Source: Lachnospiraceae bacterium UBA1766
Lineage (GTDB): Bacteria > Bacillota > Clostridia > Lachnospirales > Lachnospiraceae
Assembly: GCA_002314715.1 (NCBI GenBank)
Contig: DCGY01000021.1
Coordinates: 10,458-74,457, forward strand
Length of the DNA stretch: 64,000 nucleotides
Direction: 5' to 3'
Both the position numbers and the translations under genes were made by a program. The notes under the pieces were generated by a model. That model was not told the DNA's origin and ran no database searches. It saw nothing but the letters and a program-made list of their open reading frames with translations. Every line of letters begins with the position of its first letter. Position 1 is the stretch's first letter. Below, in pieces: positions 48,092 through 56,107 of the stretch.

Positions 48092-49250
48092 AAAGCACCT
48101 CCTGTTGGATTCTTTGGAAATCAAACTCTCCCAAATCCAAATATTCTATTTCGCTTGTGAGATAATAAACTCTGCAAAGACAATCCTGATTCCGCAGTCG
48201 CTCCACTTCGTCCAAAACCGCCTCCGTCAGATGATTCACCACAAAAATCACTTTCTTTTGACCAAAATCCCGGAAGTTGTCCCGGAACCATGAAAGCACC
48301 TTTTTCTGGGACTGTTTCTCCTGGAAACCCAGTTTGGAGGTCACTTCATAGATTGTATCAAAATCCCTCATTTGATATGCCGTATACTGTTCAAAATCCC
48401 CTTCCTTGGAACCATTTTGCAGGTTAAAGAAGCAAAATGCAGCCTCTTCTCCCTTTTGGATGGTCTCCGTCAACAGTAGCAAAGAAAGCTCCAGCAAGGT
48501 ATTTTCCTCCGGCAAATACACGGAAGGTTCCTTATCCACCCGGCAGGTATCCAGATACAAAAAGAGCCCCTCCGATTCCTCATCATAAAAGGTACGACTC
48601 TTTAATTGTCCCATACGGGCAGACGCCTTCCAGTGAATATGTTTCAGGCTTTCTCCCTCCACATAATCTCTGGCAAAAACATCCGGGCGATTCTTTTTTA
48701 ATACCGTGTCCTTTTGCGGCTTTCGCTCATCCTCTTCCTCCAGACCGTACTCCTCCAAAGCGGGAACCCTGGGGGATACAATCGCTTCCAACGCCCCCGG
48801 AAAAGGATATGCCAGCACAAACACACGGAAAAAATCCGTTAGAAATAATTTTTTTACTCCTACTTTATAGGCCCCTCGGTACTTACAAATCATTTGCGTT
48901 TCAAAGGTATATTTCTCCCCCGGCAGTAACTCAAATTCCGCATCCTGGGGAATATCCTGCACATAGGCGAAATCCGAAAATAACTCTACCCGAATACCGG
49001 ATACCGGCAATTTCCCTTCATTTTGCAGGGTAAAGAAATAACGCACAGGCGTCCCTGCGGTAATGACCCGACTGTCAATGGTTTGGTAGACTTTGACTTG
49101 AATCAACACTACCAAAAGATACAGGTAGGAAATCAACGGGTAACACAAAAGGGTAAAAAAGAGTCCGTAGCTTACGCTTCCTCCCCGGAAACTGATAAAG
49201 ACCAAAGACGCTATGAGAAGCAGGAGCCAGATTCGTCTCCTTTTTTTCAT
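48078..49250 (-). CDS. DUF58-family protein
   Basis: N-terminal TMs, KYRG.Y, RDYVEGESLKHIHWKASAR, LYLDT; lies between MoxR and transglutaminase. Confidence 0.9.
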   Translation of the reverse strand: MKKRRRIWLLLLIASLVFISFRGGSVSYGLFFTLLCYPLISYLYLLVVLIQVKVYQTIDSRVITAGTPVRYFFTLQNEGKLPVSGIRVELFSDFAYVQDIPQDAEFELLPGEKYTFETQMICKYRGAYKVGVKKLFLTDFFRVFVLAYPFPGALEAIVSPRVPALEEYGLEEEDERKPQKDTVLKKNRPDVFARDYVEGESLKHIHWKASARMGQLKSRTFYDEESEGLFLYLDTCRVDKEPSVYLPEENTLLELSLLLLTETIQKGEEAAFCFFNLQNGSKEGDFEQYTAYQMRDFDTIYEVTSKLGFQEKQSQKKVLSWFRDNFRDFGQKKVIFVVNHLTEAVLDEVERLRNQDCLCRVYYLTSEIEYLDLGEFDFQRIQQEVLYGKQ

Positions 49251-50215
49251 ACAGGTACCTTTGCCTTTACAACCAATTCTTTTAATATTTTCTCCGCAGT
49301 CAGATTCTCTCTCTTCGCCTTTGTGGTAAGCACCAACCGATGCGCCAACACACGGGATACATTTGCCTTGATATCATCGGGAATACAATAATCTCTTCCC
49401 TCCAGGCAGGCCTTTGCCTTTGCGCAGGAAAGAAGCGCCAGATACGCTCTGGTACTGGCTCCCAGGTGGATTCTCTCATCCTTTCTGGTAAGGGTAATAA
49501 TTTCCAAGGCATATTCCAGCAGTTTATCGGAAATCTCCATACTGCGAACCTTATCCTGCATCTTTCGGATTTCCTGATCGGACAAAGGTTTGGGGGAGCC
49601 TTCCGACAAATTCCCTGTCATCCCACCCGGTTCTGTGACCGGCTCTTCTTTTTGGAGCTGTTTCCTGGCAATATCCAGTTCCTTCTCTTTCGCAGGATAT
49701 CCCAGCGACAATTTCATCAAAAAACGGTCCAGCTGTGCCTCCGGCAAAGCATAGGTTCCCACATATTCCACCGGATTTTGAGTTGCAATGACCATGAATG
49801 GTTTGTTCATGGGTATGGTCTGGCCATCAATGGTCACCTGCTCTTCCGCCATAGCCTCCAACAGAGCCGCCTGGGTCTTGGGGGAGGTTCGATTAATTTC
49901 ATCCGCCAGCACCAGCTGATGCATCACCGCACCCTCCTTTCGTGTAAACGCACCGGTTTGCATCTGATAAACATAGAATCCGGTCACATCTCCCGGCAAG
50001 GTATCCGGAGTAAACTGGATACGGCCGAAGTCCAGTCCCGTAGCATAGGAAAAAGCCTTGGCAAGGGTGGTCTTTCCGACACCCGGTACATCCTCCAGAA
50101 GAACATGTCCTCCCGCCAGTAAACTGATAAACAAGGATTCGATTACATCCTCTTTTCCGATAAAATCTTTGCCGATTGTATTCAAAAAACGATTGTACAG
50201 TTCTTTCATATCCAT
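49247..50215 (-). CDS. moxR: MoxR-family AAA+ ATPase
   Basis: HVLLEDVPGVGKT, RIQFTPD.LP.D, LADEINR, ATQNP.E..GTY.LPEAQLDRF. Confidence 0.95.
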   Translation of the reverse strand: MDMKELYNRFLNTIGKDFIGKEDVIESLFISLLAGGHVLLEDVPGVGKTTLAKAFSYATGLDFGRIQFTPDTLPGDVTGFYVYQMQTGAFTRKEGAVMHQLVLADEINRTSPKTQAALLEAMAEEQVTIDGQTIPMNKPFMVIATQNPVEYVGTYALPEAQLDRFLMKLSLGYPAKEKELDIARKQLQKEEPVTEPGGMTGNLSEGSPKPLSDQEIRKMQDKVRSMEISDKLLEYALEIITLTRKDERIHLGASTRAYLALLSCAKAKACLEGRDYCIPDDIKANVSRVLAHRLVLTTKAKRENLTAEKILKELVVKAKVPV

Positions 50216-50422
50216 TTATTTCTCTCCCTCTGAATCATGCTTTCCTAAGGCATATGTAACACCTTTATTTTATCGTAAAATCATCAAAAAAGGAAGTCTC
50301 TACCACTCTTCAAAAGTACTCTTATTCTTCCTATTTTGCCCTTTTCATGATATGATGACAAAAGGACGTGAATTCGGTCCGTTTTTCGAACCGGCATTTC
50401 GTACAGAAAGAGAGTATCCCCC

Positions 50423-50881
50423 ATGACTGTTTCTCAGCTGATTTTATTGCATCTTACTACCCTGTGCTTCGGCGCCATTATCGGGGCATATTGCGGCACC
50501 ATTGATTATCGTATTCGGGAAAATTTGCCCTTAATTACAAAAGACTGCTTTTGTCCCACCTGCAATCATGTGCTGCCCGGAAAAGATCAGATTCCGATTC
50601 TGGGCTGGCTGATGCTTGGAGGAAAATGTCGCTTTTGTCACACCGCAATCCCGAAACGTTATCCCATTATCGAGGGTGGTTTTTCTCTGTTTTACCTGCT
50701 TTCCTTTGTAATTTTGCATCAAAAAACAGCAGCCATGCTGATTCTATGGCTACTGTTTATCACTTCTATTCTTGTCCTTCGAAGCAAGGGGCACGTGGCT
50801 TCCTTACTGAAAGGTCTGGGAATCATGTATATTTATCATTTGCTGTACGGCTTTCTGCTCTATATCATTATTTGTGCTTAA
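50423..50881 (+). CDS. Stand-alone prepilin peptidase N-terminal (A24_N, Zn-binding) domain protein
   Basis: FGAIIGAY..IDYR, CPTC.H.L...DQIPILGW.MLGGKCRFC...I..RYP.IE as in the PilD/ComC N-terminus; lacks the aspartic peptidase D..GD motifs. Confidence 0.82.
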   Translation: MTVSQLILLHLTTLCFGAIIGAYCGTIDYRIRENLPLITKDCFCPTCNHVLPGKDQIPILGWLMLGGKCRFCHTAIPKRYPIIEGGFSLFYLLSFVILHQKTAAMLILWLLFITSILVLRSKGHVASLLKGLGIMYIYHLLYGFLLYIIICA

Positions 50882-51602
50882 AGCCTACCATAATACAGGA
50901 TACATTATCCCGTTCTCCACGACTCATGACAAGCTGCAGGCATTGCTCACAAGCTGCCTGCATTTGTTTTGAATTTTTTACCTTTTCTGTCAAACCGTAA
51001 ATATCTCTCACATCCAGATCATGGAACAGACCATCCGATCCCAAGATAAATACATCCTCTTCCATAACCGTTCCCGTCAGACAATTGACCCATAAATCCA
51101 TGGCCTTGCCCATATGATTGGCCAAACGATTCTTCACGCTTCCGTCCGAACCGGTTTTCACCGATACCTCGTCTCTGGTCAGCTGGCAAAGCTGGCCGCC
51201 CCGCAGGATACAAATGCGACTGTCTCCCACATGGAAAATATAATAGTTCTCGTTATAGACCAAAAGAAGGGACATGGTACAACCGATCTGTATCTGGTTC
51301 TCTTTCTGAAACAGATACACATTTTCATTGGCTGCATGAACCGCATTGTCCAATTCCTCTACGATTTCGCTTTCCGGAACTCCTGCCGTAAATCGGCGGT
51401 AAATCCAGTCAAACCACTGAGAAATCCCCTGTGTGACCATCTCAGAAGCAATTTCGCTGTAATCAAAGCTTCCGATTCCATCACAAATACAGGCCAACGT
51501 GAGTGCATTCCCCTGATGTTCCCCCATATGGAGAATGACTCGGTCCTGATTCTTTTCCCGGACAATTCCCTGGCTGGTAATACACCCCGCTACAACCTTC
51601 AT
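50868..51602 (-). CDS. PP2C-family Ser/Thr protein phosphatase
   Basis: G.VREKNQD, ICDGIG, HVGDSR, GSDGL, RDNVS. Confidence 0.92.
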   Translation of the reverse strand: MKVVAGCITSQGIVREKNQDRVILHMGEHQGNALTLACICDGIGSFDYSEIASEMVTQGISQWFDWIYRRFTAGVPESEIVEELDNAVHAANENVYLFQKENQIQIGCTMSLLLVYNENYYIFHVGDSRICILRGGQLCQLTRDEVSVKTGSDGSVKNRLANHMGKAMDLWVNCLTGTVMEEDVFILGSDGLFHDLDVRDIYGLTEKVKNSKQMQAACEQCLQLVMSRGERDNVSCIMVGFKHK

Positions 51603-51623
51603 AAATGCCTTCTCCCCATTCCT

Positions 51624-53132
51624 TTATTGTGACACACGATAAGACAAATGCTTATTGGTAAAGGTAATGGTATCTCCGGGGTTAATCGGATGTGGCATGT
51701 TGGGCATCAACTTCTGTCCGTTTACATAGGTACCGCCCATGGAGTCCAAATCAATGATTCTCCAATAGGGATCTGCCTTCTCAATTCTGGCATGGGTACG
51801 GCTCATGAAAGAAAGACTGGAATCAAAGCTGTAGGTAGCCTGAGACATACCATTCTTGTCTTTACGTCCAAGGGTTACGAATCCATTGCTTAAATCCAAC
51901 TGAATTAAATTGGGGCAATTGTATCCGATAGCGCTCTCGGTAATGGATAAGTACAAACGATTTGGATTGTTATCGGAATCGCTCTCATCAATATCCGTCT
52001 TATCATCGCCGAAATATCCACCCGGTGCCGCAGGTTTAAATGCATTCATTGCCGGCTGAGGTTGCTGATTGAATGCCGGCTGCTGAGGCTGGGGCTGGAA
52101 GCCCTGATTCTGTACAGGGTTCATCTGAGGTGCTGTGGCACCACCCATATTGCTTACATAAGGCTGTACGGGCTGCGCTGTGGTTGCAGGTTTCTTGTTG
52201 CCGCCAAATAATCCGCCACCGCCGAACAGGCCGCCGTTCGATTTTTCTTTTACGGCCTTTTCTTTCTTCTTTTTCTTGTCATCCTCTTCCGGAGCATAAC
52301 CGCCTAAACCGGCCATAATATTGCCCAAAGGATTCTCTTCTCCAAAGGATGCTCCTGAGGAAGCAGACTGCTGTGCAGGTGCTGCCTGTGTCTGAGGCTT
52401 CCATGCATTCTGCTGAGGCTGCTGCGCAGGTGCAGGCTGTGCCTGAGGCTTCCATGCGTTCTGCTGAGGCTGCTGTGCAGGTGCAGGTTGTGCCTGAGGC
52501 TTCCATGCATTCTGCTGAGGCTGCTGTACCGGTGCAGGTGCAGGTTGTGCCTGCTGAACCGGAGGCTGCTGATATGCAGGTGCAGAAGCAGGTACATCCC
52601 CTTCGCTACCCTGACGAATATAATCCAATAAGCCTACCAGATTGGAGTTTCCGGTTTTTAACACGCGGAACAAATTCATGGTATAGCCGTTGTCATCCAT
52701 TAATTCGATATTAATGATGAAATTCTCAAAGAAAGCATTGATTGCTTCATCACTGTTTGCATACTCTGCTACCGGAATATAGATGTACTTAATCTCCTGA
52801 TTTCTGCCAACGAAAATGTACTGTTCATCCAGGTAAATGTTGTGGTAATCCAGGAACCAGTCATTACAGTTTTTGAAAGGAGTAAGCATATTCACCATCA
52901 AAGTGATAAAATCTTTTTTCATCATCTTGCGGGGATTATATGCCAGACGAACTCCGGAAGAAAGTTCATAACGCATTTCGGTGCATCCGTCAATCTCCAT
53001 TGTTTTTAATGGCAATAAAAATTCAGGACAATCCTGCTTCATTACCTTTAATGCAATTTCATCAATGTACTGGTTTTCCGGTACATTCAACTGGGTATAG
53101 CTTTTATTTGCAATTACGACGTCATTCAACAT
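51624..53132 (-). CDS. DUF6382-like N-terminal domain + Gln/Pro-rich linker + C-terminal FHA domain
   Basis: N-terminus FLLPL..IDG..MRY..FLDYHNIYLDEQYIFV..YIYIP; FHA motifs TLGR, SRTHARI, IDLDSMGGTYVNG. Confidence 0.85.
   Translation of the reverse strand: MLNDVVIANKSYTQLNVPENQYIDEIALKVMKQDCPEFLLPLKTMEIDGCTEMRYELSSGVRLAYNPRKMMKKDFITLMVNMLTPFKNCNDWFLDYHNIYLDEQYIFVGRNQEIKYIYIPVAEYANSDEAINAFFENFIINIELMDDNGYTMNLFRVLKTGNSNLVGLLDYIRQGSEGDVPASAPAYQQPPVQQAQPAPAPVQQPQQNAWKPQAQPAPAQQPQQNAWKPQAQPAPAQQPQQNAWKPQTQAAPAQQSASSGASFGEENPLGNIMAGLGGYAPEEDDKKKKKEKAVKEKSNGGLFGGGGLFGGNKKPATTAQPVQPYVSNMGGATAPQMNPVQNQGFQPQPQQPAFNQQPQPAMNAFKPAAPGGYFGDDKTDIDESDSDNNPNRLYLSITESAIGYNCPNLIQLDLSNGFVTLGRKDKNGMSQATYSFDSSLSFMSRTHARIEKADPYWRIIDLDSMGGTYVNGQKLMPNMPHPINPGDTITFTNKHLSYRVSQ
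52374..52526. repeat. Three 51-bp tandem coding repeats (QQPQQNAWKPQAQPAPA)
   Basis: TTCCATGC recurs at 52399, 52450 and 52501. Confidence 0.9.
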
Positions 53133-53149
53133 ATCTGCGTTCCTCCAAT

Positions 53150-54499
53150 CTATTTTTTGATGTAACTGTAATACTTTAATGAAAGTATCAAAACATTGTC
53201 CAAAGAATCCACTACAATTGCCTGATCTGCAATAAACGCATTTGCCTGGGCATACTTGGCTTTAATGACCAATGTGTTATATCGATTGATATATCCCCAT
53301 GCATCTCCGATTTTTACAGCTCCCAAATTGCTGGAAAAAGAACAGGCATCCTCATATTCAAAGGGAACCTTTTCCTCACCCTTCTGATTAATAAAGCCCC
53401 ATTTTCCTTCTCCGTTGGCTACTGCCACCAATCCGCCTTCCATACCCTTGGCATCCGGGAATCTGGCTGAAAAACACTCTACGCCGTCCTCGCCAATCAT
53501 GAAATAACCATTGGCATCTGCAACGACTGCATAACCGCTGTTGAAGGCCAATCCGGTACAAGCGGTTTTTACATCGGTGAAAACATAGTCTGTAATATTC
53601 TTGTATTCGGCGTCAAGCAGAGCCCATTTATCATTTTTCTTTACAAAGGTCAATCCATTTTCGCTTAAGATAATACCGTCGTATTCCTCATCATTTTTTT
53701 CTTTGAAGGTATTGGAGTACAGCTTATACTTTCCGTCCTTTACGCCCACAATACGCTTCCCGTTAAAGCACTCTACCGCGTCCAGTCCGTTTTTGTCTAC
53801 TGCATTTCGATAACCGTTTCCGTCAATTAAGATGTATTCACCGTCTAATTTTGCTACTGCATAGCTTCCGTCAAAAGCAGTGATATCCTCAAAGCGAAAC
53901 TCCATGGCCAAACGTCCTCGGTTATTGATGAAGCCCCATTTTTCTCCGTTAAATGCGGGAATCATGGTAGTTTTACCTGTGGAGGGCATCTTCACCGTAC
54001 TGAAATTTGTAGTGCTTTCGGATACGCGATAACGAATGGATTCGAATAAATCCTTCATTTCCTCATTTTCAGGATAAACCGAAACACCCTTATCCAACAA
54101 AGCAATTGCTTTATTTTCACTGTTTGCATCAATGTATCCCTTACTGATTGTGAGATACTCCTCTTCCGAAGCCCTGTCTGCATCAATTCTCTTCGTGATC
54201 AGGCTGTAATACTCCTCAATCATTTCCCCATCACGATATACGTCCAACAGCTTTTCTTCCAGCTTATTATTTAAGCTTGTATTATAGGTCAGAGCCTCTT
54301 CATACTTTGCCGCTGCTCTTACGTACAGCTTATCCTCCAGAAGCTCCTGTGCCTGTGCATGTAATGCTCTCTGCGCATCTTCCTCTTCATGACTGGTCAG
54401 TCCTACGAAGGTCAAAACCCATCCAATTGCTATAATTGCAATGACTAATAAGGTTACAGAACTTTTTGCTGATTTTACAATGTTTTTTTGTTTACTCAT
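53150..54499 (-). CDS. Membrane-anchored TPR-like + WG-repeat protein
   Basis: N-terminal TM, helical TPR-like region, repeated KWGFIN..G / WGYIN units. Confidence 0.85.
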   Translation of the reverse strand: MSKQKNIVKSAKSSVTLLVIAIIAIGWVLTFVGLTSHEEEDAQRALHAQAQELLEDKLYVRAAAKYEEALTYNTSLNNKLEEKLLDVYRDGEMIEEYYSLITKRIDADRASEEEYLTISKGYIDANSENKAIALLDKGVSVYPENEEMKDLFESIRYRVSESTTNFSTVKMPSTGKTTMIPAFNGEKWGFINNRGRLAMEFRFEDITAFDGSYAVAKLDGEYILIDGNGYRNAVDKNGLDAVECFNGKRIVGVKDGKYKLYSNTFKEKNDEEYDGIILSENGLTFVKKNDKWALLDAEYKNITDYVFTDVKTACTGLAFNSGYAVVADANGYFMIGEDGVECFSARFPDAKGMEGGLVAVANGEGKWGFINQKGEEKVPFEYEDACSFSSNLGAVKIGDAWGYINRYNTLVIKAKYAQANAFIADQAIVVDSLDNVLILSLKYYSYIKK

Positions 54500-54508
54500 C
54501 TGTTTATC

Positions 54509-55168
54509 CTACCCCATCATTAATCTGATAATAAGTCCAATGTATAGAAAAGGCACAAAAGGTATTGCAGTTTCTTTTGTCACTTTTTTTCGAATCAACT
54601 GAACCAATGAATAGACCGCACTGGCAACACATCCGTATAAAACCACTGCCACAACATATTTTCCGGTCAAAAACAATCCCATCAAAAGGACCAGCTTTAC
54701 ATCTCCGGCTCCCATACGTCCCTTCGCCACAATATATCCCAATCCAAAGGTCAGAAGACTGAAGATAAATCCAAGGATAATGGAAGGTAACAGCTTTGTA
54801 ACCGTATCCATCTGATTGACTGCATGAAGTCCTACGATGATAAAAAACAGAAGCACCAGAAGCAGTATGATTTTGTTTGGTACCACCTGTTCCAAAAGGT
54901 CGGTGGTGCAGAAAAAGGTTGTACCCACCAACATCACATAGATTAAATCAAAGGTCAAATTCAAGAAGTCCGGCTGACCGCTTAAATACCAAAATACAAA
55001 AAGTGCAACCTCACTTAATGCAACTACCACATACTCCCACCAAGCCTGAAAAGGCTTCCTGGTTTGGTTCTCTTCTTTCTTGAAACTGCTTCGATACCAA
55101 AGCAATGCTCCACAATAGAACAAAGGCAACAGAAGCATACATACAACAATTGTCACATAATTCATCAT
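54509..55168 (-). CDS. A24 prepilin peptidase (TadV/CpaA-like, peptidase domain only)
   Basis: TDLLEQVVPN, MGAGDVKL, IPFVPF; no N-terminal Cys/Zn domain. Confidence 0.9.
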   Translation of the reverse strand: MMNYVTIVVCMLLLPLFYCGALLWYRSSFKKEENQTRKPFQAWWEYVVVALSEVALFVFWYLSGQPDFLNLTFDLIYVMLVGTTFFCTTDLLEQVVPNKIILLLVLLFFIIVGLHAVNQMDTVTKLLPSIILGFIFSLLTFGLGYIVAKGRMGAGDVKLVLLMGLFLTGKYVVAVVLYGCVASAVYSLVQLIRKKVTKETAIPFVPFLYIGLIIRLMMG

Positions 55169-56094
55169 GTTGTACCACCTTCTCCACCGGAGCTTCCACC
55201 GTCTCCATCACCATCTCCGTCACCGCCGGTTCCGAGAGGTTTTCTGGGGAAATCTCCTACCACGCCATCACCCTCCAGCCATCCGGGAATCTGAACTCTC
55301 TGAATGACATGAATGGTATTGTCCTTCATGGGGATTAATTTAAAGAAATATACTTCCAAATCATACTCGCATACAATATCAATTTTATCAAAGGTGGGAT
55401 CGCTAAACAAATGACTGTTACTGAAATCCAAACCGTCAAAACCACCGATCACACCATACTGAAGCAGAAATTCATCCGCAGAGGGTGCCCCGCTTAACAA
55501 ACTGCTCTCCAGATTATCCTCCATATTTGCCATGGTCATCCAAGCCAAAAACTGGGTTTTTGCCCACTCCTTACCGGAGTTTAACAACCACATAGATACC
55601 GCTGTAAACACTGCCTGGGGATTGCTCACCAGATTCTTGATTCCCTCGGTACCCGGCTTCCAGGCATCCTTTACGTCATTGATTTCGCTCATTCCGTTAT
55701 TCCATTGGTCCTGAATACCACTCAGCGCACTCAAATCCCCTTCCGACAGACTGCTTGCCGTTGACTGTGCTCCGCTGACCACCGGGCCCAAATCCTTGAT
55801 TTCACCCACCAGCTTTGTTACGTTTTCCACGTCCGTCTTGATAGGCGCATAGGCCGCCTGTTGGTCTTCATATACCTTTTTATCCGCTGCCTGAATGCCC
55901 AGGGCCGAATACAGATAGGTGTAAGCAGAAATCTCATGAGCTGTCTGATACATGGAATATTGAATTTTGTTATGTACCATAAATACATTGATAAAGGATA
56001 TTAGACCCAATACCAAAAGAATAAAGGGAACCAAGGTCATAACCGCTTCCACGGTTAACATACCTCTTTCTCTGTCCTGTCTTTTGTTTTCCAT
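55165..56094 (-). CDS. TadE-like minor pilin
   Basis: Class III signal RERG|MLTVEA followed by a hydrophobic helix. Confidence 0.85.
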   Translation of the reverse strand: MENKRQDRERGMLTVEAVMTLVPFILLVLGLISFINVFMVHNKIQYSMYQTAHEISAYTYLYSALGIQAADKKVYEDQQAAYAPIKTDVENVTKLVGEIKDLGPVVSGAQSTASSLSEGDLSALSGIQDQWNNGMSEINDVKDAWKPGTEGIKNLVSNPQAVFTAVSMWLLNSGKEWAKTQFLAWMTMANMEDNLESSLLSGAPSADEFLLQYGVIGGFDGLDFSNSHLFSDPTFDKIDIVCEYDLEVYFFKLIPMKDNTIHVIQRVQIPGWLEGDGVVGDFPRKPLGTGGDGDGDGDGGSSGGEGGTT

Positions 56095-56107
56095 GATTTA
56101 ATCCTTC

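Noticed and set aside
49340-50122. 260-aa plus-strand ORF
   Set aside because: Antisense shadow of moxR with no recognisable motifs.
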